Of a DNA stretch of 64,000 nt, positions 1-8,693 are shown one piece after another (position 1 is the stretch's first letter; every line of letters starts with the position of its first letter). The notes under the pieces were generated by a model that searched no databases, had not been told where the DNA came from, and saw only the letters and a list, made by a program, of their open reading frames with translations. Source of the stretch: Promethearchaeia archaeon (GTDB lineage: Archaea; Asgardarchaeota; Lokiarchaeia; Sigyniarchaeales; SOKP01); the NCBI GenBank assembly GCA_029856125.1, contig JAHQWJ010000080.1, forward strand, positions 1 through 64,000. The letters are read 5' to 3'. Position numbers and translations under genes: made by a program.

Positions 1-2440
1 CATTTGAATTGCTAATCGATCTACCAGTAGTACGGTCCAGAAGCTCTCCTTCTATATTGAAAAATGTATTGCTGGCACCAATAGCTGTACGATTAACTTC
101 TCGAGGCGTTGGTCCTGAAAGTATATTTATTATTGGTTCTTCATTTAGTATAAAAAAAGAATGATTCTCCTCGATTCCTATCTTAGCATATAATAAATTA
201 GGTCCAGGTATCATTAGGTTATTTACAAAATAATTGTATGTAGCTACTCCATTACTGTCTGTAGTATTCGCACCTATTTGAATACCATTCCAAAAATCGA
301 AAAATTGGACATTTTGATTTGGTAGAGGATAATTGGTTTCGTTTACAACCTTGGCTTTTAAGATCAAATTAGTATATCTATTCACTACAGGGGAATTTAG
401 GTTATCTGAAGGAATGTCATTAATATAAAACCATACTTTTTTGACTATTCCTTTAGTAACATTAAAATCCATCCTGTTACTTGAATCGTTAACAAAACCT
501 GACGCGTTAACAAAACCTGATGGTATATACCAACTTCCGTTAGTATCTACTCTTAAATCGTATTGCCCTACTGAAACATTATACACATTAGTATCAATAT
601 TAAAATCTCCGTTTAAATCGGTAGCTGTACTAATGATATCAAATGGTGGGTCTCCAACTTTCACATTTGTACCCTTTTGAAGCAATATAAAATCTACTTC
701 AACCCCACTAACCCTTTGGTTGTTAACAGGATCGATTACAAAGCCTTGAATGTTAGTAGAAGTATCAATTGAGATATTTACTTCTTGGGGATTTACATTT
801 TGAAGATTAACTTGAATATCCCCATATACTGTATATGTAGTGTTGCCATTGACATCTGGATTATATTGCGCAAAAATGACGTGTGGACCGACAACTTGTA
901 AATCATCAATATTTACAATAATTGAAGCATTGCCATCTAGATTTGTGTTAGATTGGCCAATAGGCTGTAAAGAGGTTAAATCATAAAAAGAAATCATCGC
1001 ATCCTCTACAGGAGCACCATCAAGTGTTAATAAAGCTGTGAGATTTGCTGTAGCACCTCTATATCCTTCGGTAAAGTTTGAATTTAAGATGAGATTGTAA
1101 TTGGCTAAGCTAGGAGGAACACTTCCATAATTATCATAATAGACATCCATTTGGATCCACAGGCCATCACCACTTACATCTGTTGGAATATATATTTCCG
1201 CCCAATTATACATATTTTTATATTTTATTACAATAGTATTTTGGCCTGTACTATTGTCAATTAGCTCTTCAGCTAAAAAAGTGTTGAACCCATCAACAAA
1301 ACGGCTTGCTACGCCAAAGGCTCTTGAAAAAGCACAAAAAGCTGAAGTAAAATCGGACCAGTAACCCATTCCTTCTTCGAGAAACCACTCCACTTCATCA
1401 TATCCGTCTGGAGCTGGGTTGTATTGACTTGGGTCGGAAATTCTTATAAAATTATATTGCAGATAATTTCTAATTTTATCAGCAACAATGAAAGTATTGT
1501 CAGAACTTAAGATTGTTGCATTAATTTGATTGTAATGATAAGCAAAATCATTGTTATTGCTTATATACACATTTATTGTATCCCCTTTCAACTGTAAATA
1601 TTTGCTTTGTATAGGAATAGGAGTATATGAAGGTTCTATTGCCATTGCGTCTATTTCTGAACTAGTTGGTAAATCCAATCCAAACATTTCGTATGTCATA
1701 TTAACATCCTCCTCCATGCTAAAGTCAATATCGAGGGTTGTACAATTAAATTCGTCTTTATATAAAGCGGGTGTTCCTTGCATATTATTCGCTTGAACAC
1801 TATTTTCCATAATAAAAGGAGTAGGAAAAAGGTTTGGAATTACCATGGAATTTATACCAATACTGGGAGTAAGTGGTATTTGTAAAGTAAGGAGATCCTT
1901 ATCCCAATGTTTGGATAAATAATCAACATAGGTGTAATAAGAAGAGGGTGCTGTAGCAGCAGAAGAATGCCATCCATCTCCCGTATATTCGTCAAAACTT
2001 TCATATTTCCAAAATTTCGTTAAAATCTCATTGTAATCGTCATAATCGAATATTCTGAATACTTCAACTTCAGAGAACATAAGAGCTGCAAGGGCTTGTC
2101 CGTAATCGCCTAAGTCTAAATCGTCAATATCACCGTCGAACATATCTTCTAACGCATCTAATAGATCAGATAATTGGTCTGGTGTTAAAGAGAGATCAGA
2201 AAACATATCTTGAAAATCGGACATATTATAAGGAAAGGGGATTTGTGTAGGTATGCCATCCTCTTGCTCCGCTTCAGCTAACTCGTCACTTGGAAGGGGT
2301 CTTTGACTATCCCAAAGCAAACTAAAGAAGAATGTTGAAAAAGCAAACGCAAATACCAATAGTACTGCTGTAAGAATGATTTTAATTATTCTCTTTTTGT
2401 TTATTGCAGTAACTAATAATTCTTCACGAAATTCTGACAT
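1..2440 (-). CDS. Membrane-anchored transglutaminase-like (TgpA-type) domain protein with Ig-like beta-rich C-terminal domains; partial, runs off the window edge
   Basis: Absent from the ORF track (no stop inside the window). ATG at 2440: MSEFREELLVTAINKKRIIKIILTAVLLVFAFAFSTFFFSLLW (TM anchor), then EWFLEEGMGYWSDFTSAFCAFSRAFGVASRFVDGF...YNWAEIYIP...WIQMD (transglutaminase-like core), then TDxNG-type beta-rich repeats. Confidence 0.8.
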   Translation of the reverse strand, partial: MSEFREELLVTAINKKRIIKIILTAVLLVFAFAFSTFFFSLLWDSQRPLPSDELAEAEQEDGIPTQIPFPYNMSDFQDMFSDLSLTPDQLSDLLDALEDMFDGDIDDLDLGDYGQALAALMFSEVEVFRIFDYDDYNEILTKFWKYESFDEYTGDGWHSSAATAPSSYYTYVDYLSKHWDKDLLTLQIPLTPSIGINSMVIPNLFPTPFIMENSVQANNMQGTPALYKDEFNCTTLDIDFSMEEDVNMTYEMFGLDLPTSSEIDAMAIEPSYTPIPIQSKYLQLKGDTINVYISNNNDFAYHYNQINATILSSDNTFIVADKIRNYLQYNFIRISDPSQYNPAPDGYDEVEWFLEEGMGYWSDFTSAFCAFSRAFGVASRFVDGFNTFLAEELIDNSTGQNTIVIKYKNMYNWAEIYIPTDVSGDGLWIQMDVYYDNYGSVPPSLANYNLILNSNFTEGYRGATANLTALLTLDGAPVEDAMISFYDLTSLQPIGQSNTNLDGNASIIVNIDDLQVVGPHVIFAQYNPDVNGNTTYTVYGDIQVNLQNVNPQEVNISIDTSTNIQGFVIDPVNNQRVSGVEVDFILLQKGTNVKVGDPPFDIISTATDLNGDFNIDTNVYNVSVGQYDLRVDTNGSWYIPSGFVNASGFVNDSSNRMDFNVTKGIVKKVWFYINDIPSDNLNSPVVNRYTNLILKAKVVNETNYPLPNQNVQFFDFWNGIQIGANTTDSNGVATYNYFVNNLMIPGPNLLYAKIGIEENHSFFILNEEPIINILSGPTPREVNRTAIGASNTFFNIEGELLDRTTGRSISNSN
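487..520. repeat. In-frame tandem duplication, 18-bp period
   Basis: cgttaacaaaacctga at 487-502 and 505-520; encodes SGFVNA-SGFVND on the minus strand. Confidence 0.85.
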
Positions 2441-2622
2441 CTCTACTCTATTTTACCCTTAACTATTCCATTATAAGTTTGCAATATTAATTAAAATTAT
2501 AGTATAAATAATTTTCCTAATATTTCTGATTCATATGAAATATTGCTTAAAATGAATGGAGAAAGTAGTTAATGATGGAATTTTTCGAAAAATTAGATCA
2601 AAAAAAGATAGAATAAAAAAAA

Positions 2623-3429
2623 TTAAAATTCAAATCCACATTTCGTGCAGATACTTTTCTTAGCATATTGTGGTTTAGGAATATAACTTAATATTTTTGA
2701 TTTATCCTCAACTTCCTTAATAGCAAATCCTGTAGCCCCACAATTGGGACAAATTCTCCTTCCTGAGCCGAATCCAGCGTCAATATTAGGTGTAGCTGTA
2801 GATGGAGTAGAAGTTGTTGGTATTATTGGACTACTCCCAAATGTTGGACTTTGTGAAGTAATTCCTTGAGCCAAACTTGATGGCATAACTGCTTTTGGTT
2901 CTTTCAATTCTTGGATTCGTTTCTCTTTATAAGATACTTCTTCCTGTAATTTGCTAATTTGAGTTTGTAGGGGTCCAATTTGTTGTTGGAGGTTCATATT
3001 TTCTTGTTGAACTTGCTGTAGTTGATTTTGTAATTGAGGTAATTGTGCTAGTAGTTGAGCTTTTTCATTATTAATTTGAGTAATTTGATTCTGAAACCCT
3101 TCAATAGTTGTCTGAAAACTGTTGATTTGGTTATTTAATTGAACTATTTGGTTATCTTTACCTAAGATTTGTGAATTTAAATTTGCACATTGAGCATTTA
3201 CTTCACTCATCTGATTCTGTAATTGTCCTATGACATTATCCTTTTGTTGAACTTGAGATAGAGCTGTATTGTATTCTGCTTGTGAGGGACCACTTGGTAT
3301 AGTTGATTCGGGTTGATATACTGGAGGTTCAAACGAATTAGTCGGTGGAGGCATTGAGGGAGGCAGTGTTGGGGGTGGACCACGAGGTTTGTATTCTTCT
3401 TCTTCGTCTTTTTCATATTCGTCCGACAT
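2623..3429 (-). CDS. Pro-rich, Gln/Asn-rich coiled-coil protein with C-terminal zinc ribbon
   Basis: GPPPTLPPSMPPP at the N-terminus, about 120-aa heptad Q/N coiled coil, S/T/P linker, CPNCG...CTKCGFEF. Confidence 0.8.
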   Translation of the reverse strand: MSDEYEKDEEEEYKPRGPPPTLPPSMPPPTNSFEPPVYQPESTIPSGPSQAEYNTALSQVQQKDNVIGQLQNQMSEVNAQCANLNSQILGKDNQIVQLNNQINSFQTTIEGFQNQITQINNEKAQLLAQLPQLQNQLQQVQQENMNLQQQIGPLQTQISKLQEEVSYKEKRIQELKEPKAVMPSSLAQGITSQSPTFGSSPIIPTTSTPSTATPNIDAGFGSGRRICPNCGATGFAIKEVEDKSKILSYIPKPQYAKKSICTKCGFEF

Positions 3430-3544
3430 AATATTCTTCTCTTATGTTTATGCTTAATTATATCAATAATTGTAACTTTAATAGTGAATTTAGTTTATAA
3501 ACTATAGCACAAATGGGCATTATCTTAATGTTCTTTTTTAAAAA

Positions 3545-4642
3545 TTAAAAGCAATTCCAATGAGGGGTAAGACATTCTTTCAATTTAGGGATAACTTTAT
3601 TACTTACATAATTTAAAACATCATTATCGGATTTTCTAGCATTTTCTTCTATTAGTTCGTTTTCGCTGTCATCGAGAACTTGCAGGCAATTGTACACAGC
3701 TTTAGCTTGTTTATCAATTTCGTATCCACCTTCTAAAGTAATTAAAATTCGATTGTTAGCGTATTCTCCAGCTATTTCTTTGATTTTCTTCAAATAATTC
3801 GCTGGTCCTTGATACGTCCAACCCATATTAGTAAGTCTGTCTGTCCAGTGAGTATCAAATCCAGCAGATATTAGAAAAAATTCTGGTTTAAATTCCTGGC
3901 AAATGGGAGCGATTATTTCATTAAAAAATATTATATTAACATCATCAGAAGCTCTCGGAGGCATCGGAAAATTGATTATTTTTCCTTGCCCCCCCTCGTT
4001 TCCGATATCATTAATAAAACCAGTGCCTGGATAAAGTGTCCTACCATCCTGATGTGAGTCAAAAAAGACTACTTCACCGTTTTTGGAGCCATTGTAGAAA
4101 ATGTCCGAAGTCCCATTTCCCGCGTGACAATCCCAATCTATTATTGCCACTCTTTTTAATCCCTTTTCTTTAAGAAGATATTCAGCAGCAATCGCTACAT
4201 TGTTAAAAATGCAAAAACCCGCACATTTGTAAGAGTTTGAATGATGTCCAGGAGGTCTCACCGAAGCGAAAGCATTTTTAACCTTTCCAGCGATCATTTC
4301 GTCAATACCATTTAGATTTCCACCAACGCTATAAAGTGATGCTTCATATGTCTTAGCCGATACAGCTGTGTCCATATCAAGCTGCTGAATATGACCTGTA
4401 ATTTGAGATTTTTCACTAACTTCTTTTACTTGGTTAATTAAAGTCTCTTGGTGAACGTATTTGACTTGATCTTTAGTAGCTTTTCTAGGTCGAATTAACT
4501 TAAAGTTCGGATTTTCCAATACTTTTTTCTCATTTAAAAAATCCATAATTCCAATAAGCCTTTCGTGACTCTCGACATGCGTACCAATACGGTGGCTAAG
4601 ATAAATATCGTCATATATTAACCCAGTGGTCATTATAATCAA
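3545..4642 (-). CDS. Histone deacetylase family (class II/AcuC-like) Zn-dependent deacetylase
   Basis: RPPGHH, GFCIFNN, DWDCHAGNGT, YPGTG, SAGFD and LEGGY motifs; start may be ATG 4633. Confidence 0.95.
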   Translation of the reverse strand: MIIMTTGLIYDDIYLSHRIGTHVESHERLIGIMDFLNEKKVLENPNFKLIRPRKATKDQVKYVHQETLINQVKEVSEKSQITGHIQQLDMDTAVSAKTYEASLYSVGGNLNGIDEMIAGKVKNAFASVRPPGHHSNSYKCAGFCIFNNVAIAAEYLLKEKGLKRVAIIDWDCHAGNGTSDIFYNGSKNGEVVFFDSHQDGRTLYPGTGFINDIGNEGGQGKIINFPMPPRASDDVNIIFFNEIIAPICQEFKPEFFLISAGFDTHWTDRLTNMGWTYQGPANYLKKIKEIAGEYANNRILITLEGGYEIDKQAKAVYNCLQVLDDSENELIEENARKSDNDVLNYVSNKVIPKLKECLTPHWNCF

Positions 4643-4847
4643 TTAAATGTTTTTTAAAACTATTAAATAATGATTTTTCGTTATTCTTTAAAAAAGTTAC
4701 TATTTATTTAACTAACGAAACCTTCAAGTTTTTAATTAATTTAAAACATATTTTTTAGTTTGGATTTAATATATTTACGATTTTAATGTTTTTATTTTTA
4801 GTAGGGCTAAAGATATATATAGGGAAAAAATAAGTTGTTTATGTAGA

Positions 4848-5360
4848 ATGGTTTATCGTATCAAAGTCATTATAATAGGAGAGGCAGGAGTAGGCAAGAC
4901 TTCTTTAGTAAAAAAATTTGTATCCGGTCATTTTGCTCGAGATTATCGAACATCTATAGGTGCGAATTTATTTGTTAAAGAATTAAATTTAAACTCGGAC
5001 ATTAATGTCTCAATTCAAATTTGGGATATTGCTGGCCAAGAAAGATGGAAAAAAATGAGACATTTGTATTATAGGGGTGCTCACGGTGCTCTGATTGTTG
5101 GAGATCTCACGAGAGGAAATACTTTTGAACAATTAAAAGAGTTTTGGAATCAAGATCTCAAAAACTTTTGTGGAGAAATTCCTAAGATTTTAGTTGTAAA
5201 TAAGGTAGATATGGATTCCAATATTTCTAATAATGATATCGAAAAATTAGCTCAGATTATCAATGTAAAAGCAACAATTTTTACATCTGCCAAAAATGGT
5301 CAAAATGTTGAAAAAGCATTTCATCAAATAGCTGAAGAGATTGTTACACCTGAAGTATAG
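4848..5360 (+). CDS. Rab-like small GTPase
   Basis: GEAGVGKTS, TSIG, WDIAGQE, NKVD, TSAK; YYRGA RabF-like motif; no C-terminal Cys prenylation motif. Confidence 0.95.
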   Translation: MVYRIKVIIIGEAGVGKTSLVKKFVSGHFARDYRTSIGANLFVKELNLNSDINVSIQIWDIAGQERWKKMRHLYYRGAHGALIVGDLTRGNTFEQLKEFWNQDLKNFCGEIPKILVVNKVDMDSNISNNDIEKLAQIINVKATIFTSAKNGQNVEKAFHQIAEEIVTPEV

Positions 5361-5389
5361 AATAAATTTGTTAATTTAAAATCTAAGGG

Positions 5390-6391
5390 TTATACTTCAA
5401 TAACGAGTTTTATAAATTCTCTTTGACCAGGATCAAGATACTTTTCAAAAGCATGTTGAATGTCTTGAATAGGTATAATTTGAGATATAAACTTATTTGA
5501 ATTAATTTTATCCTGAGAAAAAAAATCTAAAGCGCAGAAAATATCCTCGCGATCGTGACCTAAAACACCTTTAATACTTACTTCCTTAGAATTCAATAGA
5601 AACATAGGAAATGAAACTTTCCCTTTAAAAACACCCTCCAGGATAACAGTCCCTCCTTTTTTTATTAAATCTATTGCCATTAATATAGACTTTTGATTTC
5701 CAGCGCAATCAAAAATGTAAGTTGGTTTTCCATTTCTTTTCAAAAACTTTTTAATTTTTGCTGGATTTGGAGGAAAAGATTCGTTTGCCCCAAATTCTTT
5801 TGCCTTTTCTCTTAAAAATTCTTGTGGCTCAATTGCGATGATATAATTAGGTTTTTTTTCTTTCAACAAATAACTTAAAAAACATAATCCAATATTTCCT
5901 GCTCCTATTATAATTATATTTTGGTTTTTAGTAATATTGGATAATTTTACAGCTCTACAAACATTAGCAAATGACTCAATCATCACTGCTTCTTTAGTTG
6001 AAACAGATTGAGGTATTTGGAATAAATATTTTCTTGGAACTTTTACGAATTCAGCAAATCCTCCATCTTTAAAAATCCCCATACCGTCTAATTGTCCTTG
6101 ATCGATATCTAAGGCAACATTTATTCCACAAACTTTATCTCCCAGTTTTATATCAGTAATATTAGAGCCGATTTCTACAACTTCCCCCGAAAATTCATGC
6201 CCCATTATTATAGGTGCCTGATACATCTTGAACTTATAATTAGTTATATCGCTTCCACAAATTCCACAATAATGCGTTTTTACGATTACATCCTCCTCTC
6301 CTGGAGAGGGTCTTGGATAATCCTCTCTATAATCAATTTTTTTTACATCAATAAATACTGCTGCTTTCATGATATTGTTTCTAAACATCAT
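5390..6391 (-). CDS. Zinc-binding (MDR family) alcohol/sugar dehydrogenase
   Basis: CGICGSD, GHEFSG, GAGNIG Rossmann motif; four-Cys structural Zn loop absent. Confidence 0.9.
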   Translation of the reverse strand: MMFRNNIMKAAVFIDVKKIDYREDYPRPSPGEEDVIVKTHYCGICGSDITNYKFKMYQAPIIMGHEFSGEVVEIGSNITDIKLGDKVCGINVALDIDQGQLDGMGIFKDGGFAEFVKVPRKYLFQIPQSVSTKEAVMIESFANVCRAVKLSNITKNQNIIIIGAGNIGLCFLSYLLKEKKPNYIIAIEPQEFLREKAKEFGANESFPPNPAKIKKFLKRNGKPTYIFDCAGNQKSILMAIDLIKKGGTVILEGVFKGKVSFPMFLLNSKEVSIKGVLGHDREDIFCALDFFSQDKINSNKFISQIIPIQDIQHAFEKYLDPGQREFIKLVIEV

Positions 6392-6447
6392 TTTTTGTTG
6401 ATAAAATCAATAGAATTAAATTATTCTCTTAATTTAAAAGTTTTAAA

Positions 6448-8634
6448 TTAATCTTTTAATAATGTATCTGCTGTTGTAAATAAGGGTAATTCAATTTTTT
6501 TTTTTGGTCTTCTTTTAGTTAAATCTTCCTCTGGATTTAATTGATTTAGATTGTTATAGTTATGAATTTTTTTTTTGTAAACATTTGGGTTTAATTCTCT
6601 TATGAATTGAGAGGTGTTTAACTCTCTTTGACCTTTCAAAACTTTAATACTTTTAGGTGATATTAAAAATAATCTATCTTTCGCTCTAGTAATCCCTACA
6701 TAAAATACTCTCCGTTCTTCCTCATATGCTAAAGAATTAATCTTAACCTTGCTCGATGGAAATAAATTATCAGATAACATCGGAATGAACACAATTTTCC
6801 ATTCTAATCCTTTTGCTCTATGGATTGTGGAAAGTGTCAATAATGATTGGTTGTCTATAGATGCTAAACCCACTTTTTTAGATTCAAAGGTGGATTTGTT
6901 CAGTGTTATAGCATCTAAAAAAATAGGGATAGAATCAAAATTTTGGGAATATATGCTTATCTGTTTTAGATCTTCTAAGCGATCTTGCCAATTGTCATAT
7001 TGAATTTTTAAGTATTTTCCTAATTGATGAATTAGTTTATTAATAACTTCATTAGGTTTGTTATATTTAAGAGATATAAAAAGTTTGTTTAAATGATCAA
7101 AAATTTCTTCTCTTACAAGCTTGGGAATTTTTAATTTACCTAAAATTGAAGAGAGGTTGTTATTTGAAATTAAATTTTCTAAAGGGTTGTTTTTAGCCGA
7201 TATCTTGTCGAAAATTTTAGAGGAAGTCTTTTTTCCAATACCTTGAAACAAAGTTAGTATTCTTGACCAAGAGATTTCATCTTGCGGATTTTGAACAATG
7301 CGTAAATGTGCTAGTAAATCTTTAACATGAGCTCTTTCAAAAAAGGATACCCCCGAGTGAACAACATAGGGAATTTTATATTTTTGCAATTCCAATTCTA
7401 TTCTTAATGAGTGATAACCAGCGCGGTACAAAACAGCAATATCATCTAAATCATATTCTTCAAATTTCAATTGATTTATCATATTAACTATAAATTCTGC
7501 TTGGTATTCATCAGACTCAGTTGAAACATGTATAGGTTTCATTCCATTTTTACGTGTAGTATGCATCTCTTTCTTATATTGAGAGAAGTTATGTTTTATT
7601 GAATTATTAGCTAAATCTAAAATTTCAGGAACACTACGATAATTGTATGTTATGGCATACCTTTTGCAATCCTTATATTTTTTCTCAAAATTCAATATAT
7701 TCTGAAAATTGGCGCCTCGAAACGCATAAATACTTTGAGCATCATCACCAACTGCCATTACATTATGTTCTGGATTTTGTTTTACAATTTTATAAATAAT
7801 CTCATCTTGAATATAGTTGGTGTCTTGATACTCGTCAACTAAAACGAATTTGATTTTCTTAGCTATTAATTTCGCTACAAATCTTTCATCTAATAGCCTA
7901 TTCCAGAAAACCAATAAATCGTCGAAATCCACTAAGCTATTTTCTGCTTTCTTAGTGCTATAAATTTTTAAGACATCTCGTAATTTCGCAATAACAGGAT
8001 CGCTATCAAAATGATTATATTTCCATTGAATGACCTCATTAATTGTCTTATTGCAGTTGATTGAAAACGATAAAATGGCTTTTGCCATTGAGGATGTAGG
8101 AAATTTTTCTTCGAGATCTTTTGCATCTGCTTTATCAATTGATAACTTCATTAATCCTTTTGCATCAGTTTCGTCCATAATTGTATAATTGGGTTTTAAT
8201 CCAAGCGTTTCTGCATACATCCTCAAAAATCGGCTAGCAATTGAGTGGAAAGTACCCGCCCATATACCCTTTGGTTTTTTTCCAAGTAACATTTCTACTC
8301 GTTTGAACATTTCTTTAGCGGCTTTATTCGTGAAAGTAACAAGCATTATTTCACTAGGTTTTACTCCTGATACTAAAAGTTTAGCAACAGAATAAACAAT
8401 AGTCCTTGTTTTTCCAGAACCAGCCCCTGCAATAACCAACATAGGGCCTTGAATGTTATTTACGATTTCAAATTGTTCTTCGTTTAAGTCTGCTTTAAAA
8501 TCAACTTTGTTGTATTCCTCGGTTATCTTCGGAGCTTCTCCATCATCTAAGGATTCAGCGTAAGTCTCATCGTAAAATTCAAAGACGAATTCTTCCACCT
8601 TTCTGAATTTATTACTGCTGTTCTGTAATTTCAT
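6448..8634 (-). CDS. uvrD: UvrD/PcrA SF1 ATP-dependent DNA helicase
   Basis: AGAGSGKT, TFTNKAA, VDEYQD, GDDAQSIYAFRGA, NYRS, STIHRAKGLEW, EERRVFYVGITRA. Confidence 0.95.
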   Translation of the reverse strand: MKLQNSSNKFRKVEEFVFEFYDETYAESLDDGEAPKITEEYNKVDFKADLNEEQFEIVNNIQGPMLVIAGAGSGKTRTIVYSVAKLLVSGVKPSEIMLVTFTNKAAKEMFKRVEMLLGKKPKGIWAGTFHSIASRFLRMYAETLGLKPNYTIMDETDAKGLMKLSIDKADAKDLEEKFPTSSMAKAILSFSINCNKTINEVIQWKYNHFDSDPVIAKLRDVLKIYSTKKAENSLVDFDDLLVFWNRLLDERFVAKLIAKKIKFVLVDEYQDTNYIQDEIIYKIVKQNPEHNVMAVGDDAQSIYAFRGANFQNILNFEKKYKDCKRYAITYNYRSVPEILDLANNSIKHNFSQYKKEMHTTRKNGMKPIHVSTESDEYQAEFIVNMINQLKFEEYDLDDIAVLYRAGYHSLRIELELQKYKIPYVVHSGVSFFERAHVKDLLAHLRIVQNPQDEISWSRILTLFQGIGKKTSSKIFDKISAKNNPLENLISNNNLSSILGKLKIPKLVREEIFDHLNKLFISLKYNKPNEVINKLIHQLGKYLKIQYDNWQDRLEDLKQISIYSQNFDSIPIFLDAITLNKSTFESKKVGLASIDNQSLLTLSTIHRAKGLEWKIVFIPMLSDNLFPSSKVKINSLAYEEERRVFYVGITRAKDRLFLISPKSIKVLKGQRELNTSQFIRELNPNVYKKKIHNYNNLNQLNPEEDLTKRRPKKKIELPLFTTADTLLKD

Positions 8635-8693
8635 CCCAATAATACAATTTAGTTTTGATTGAATTTAAAAAGGAATTGTTGTTTTAAGAGAAA

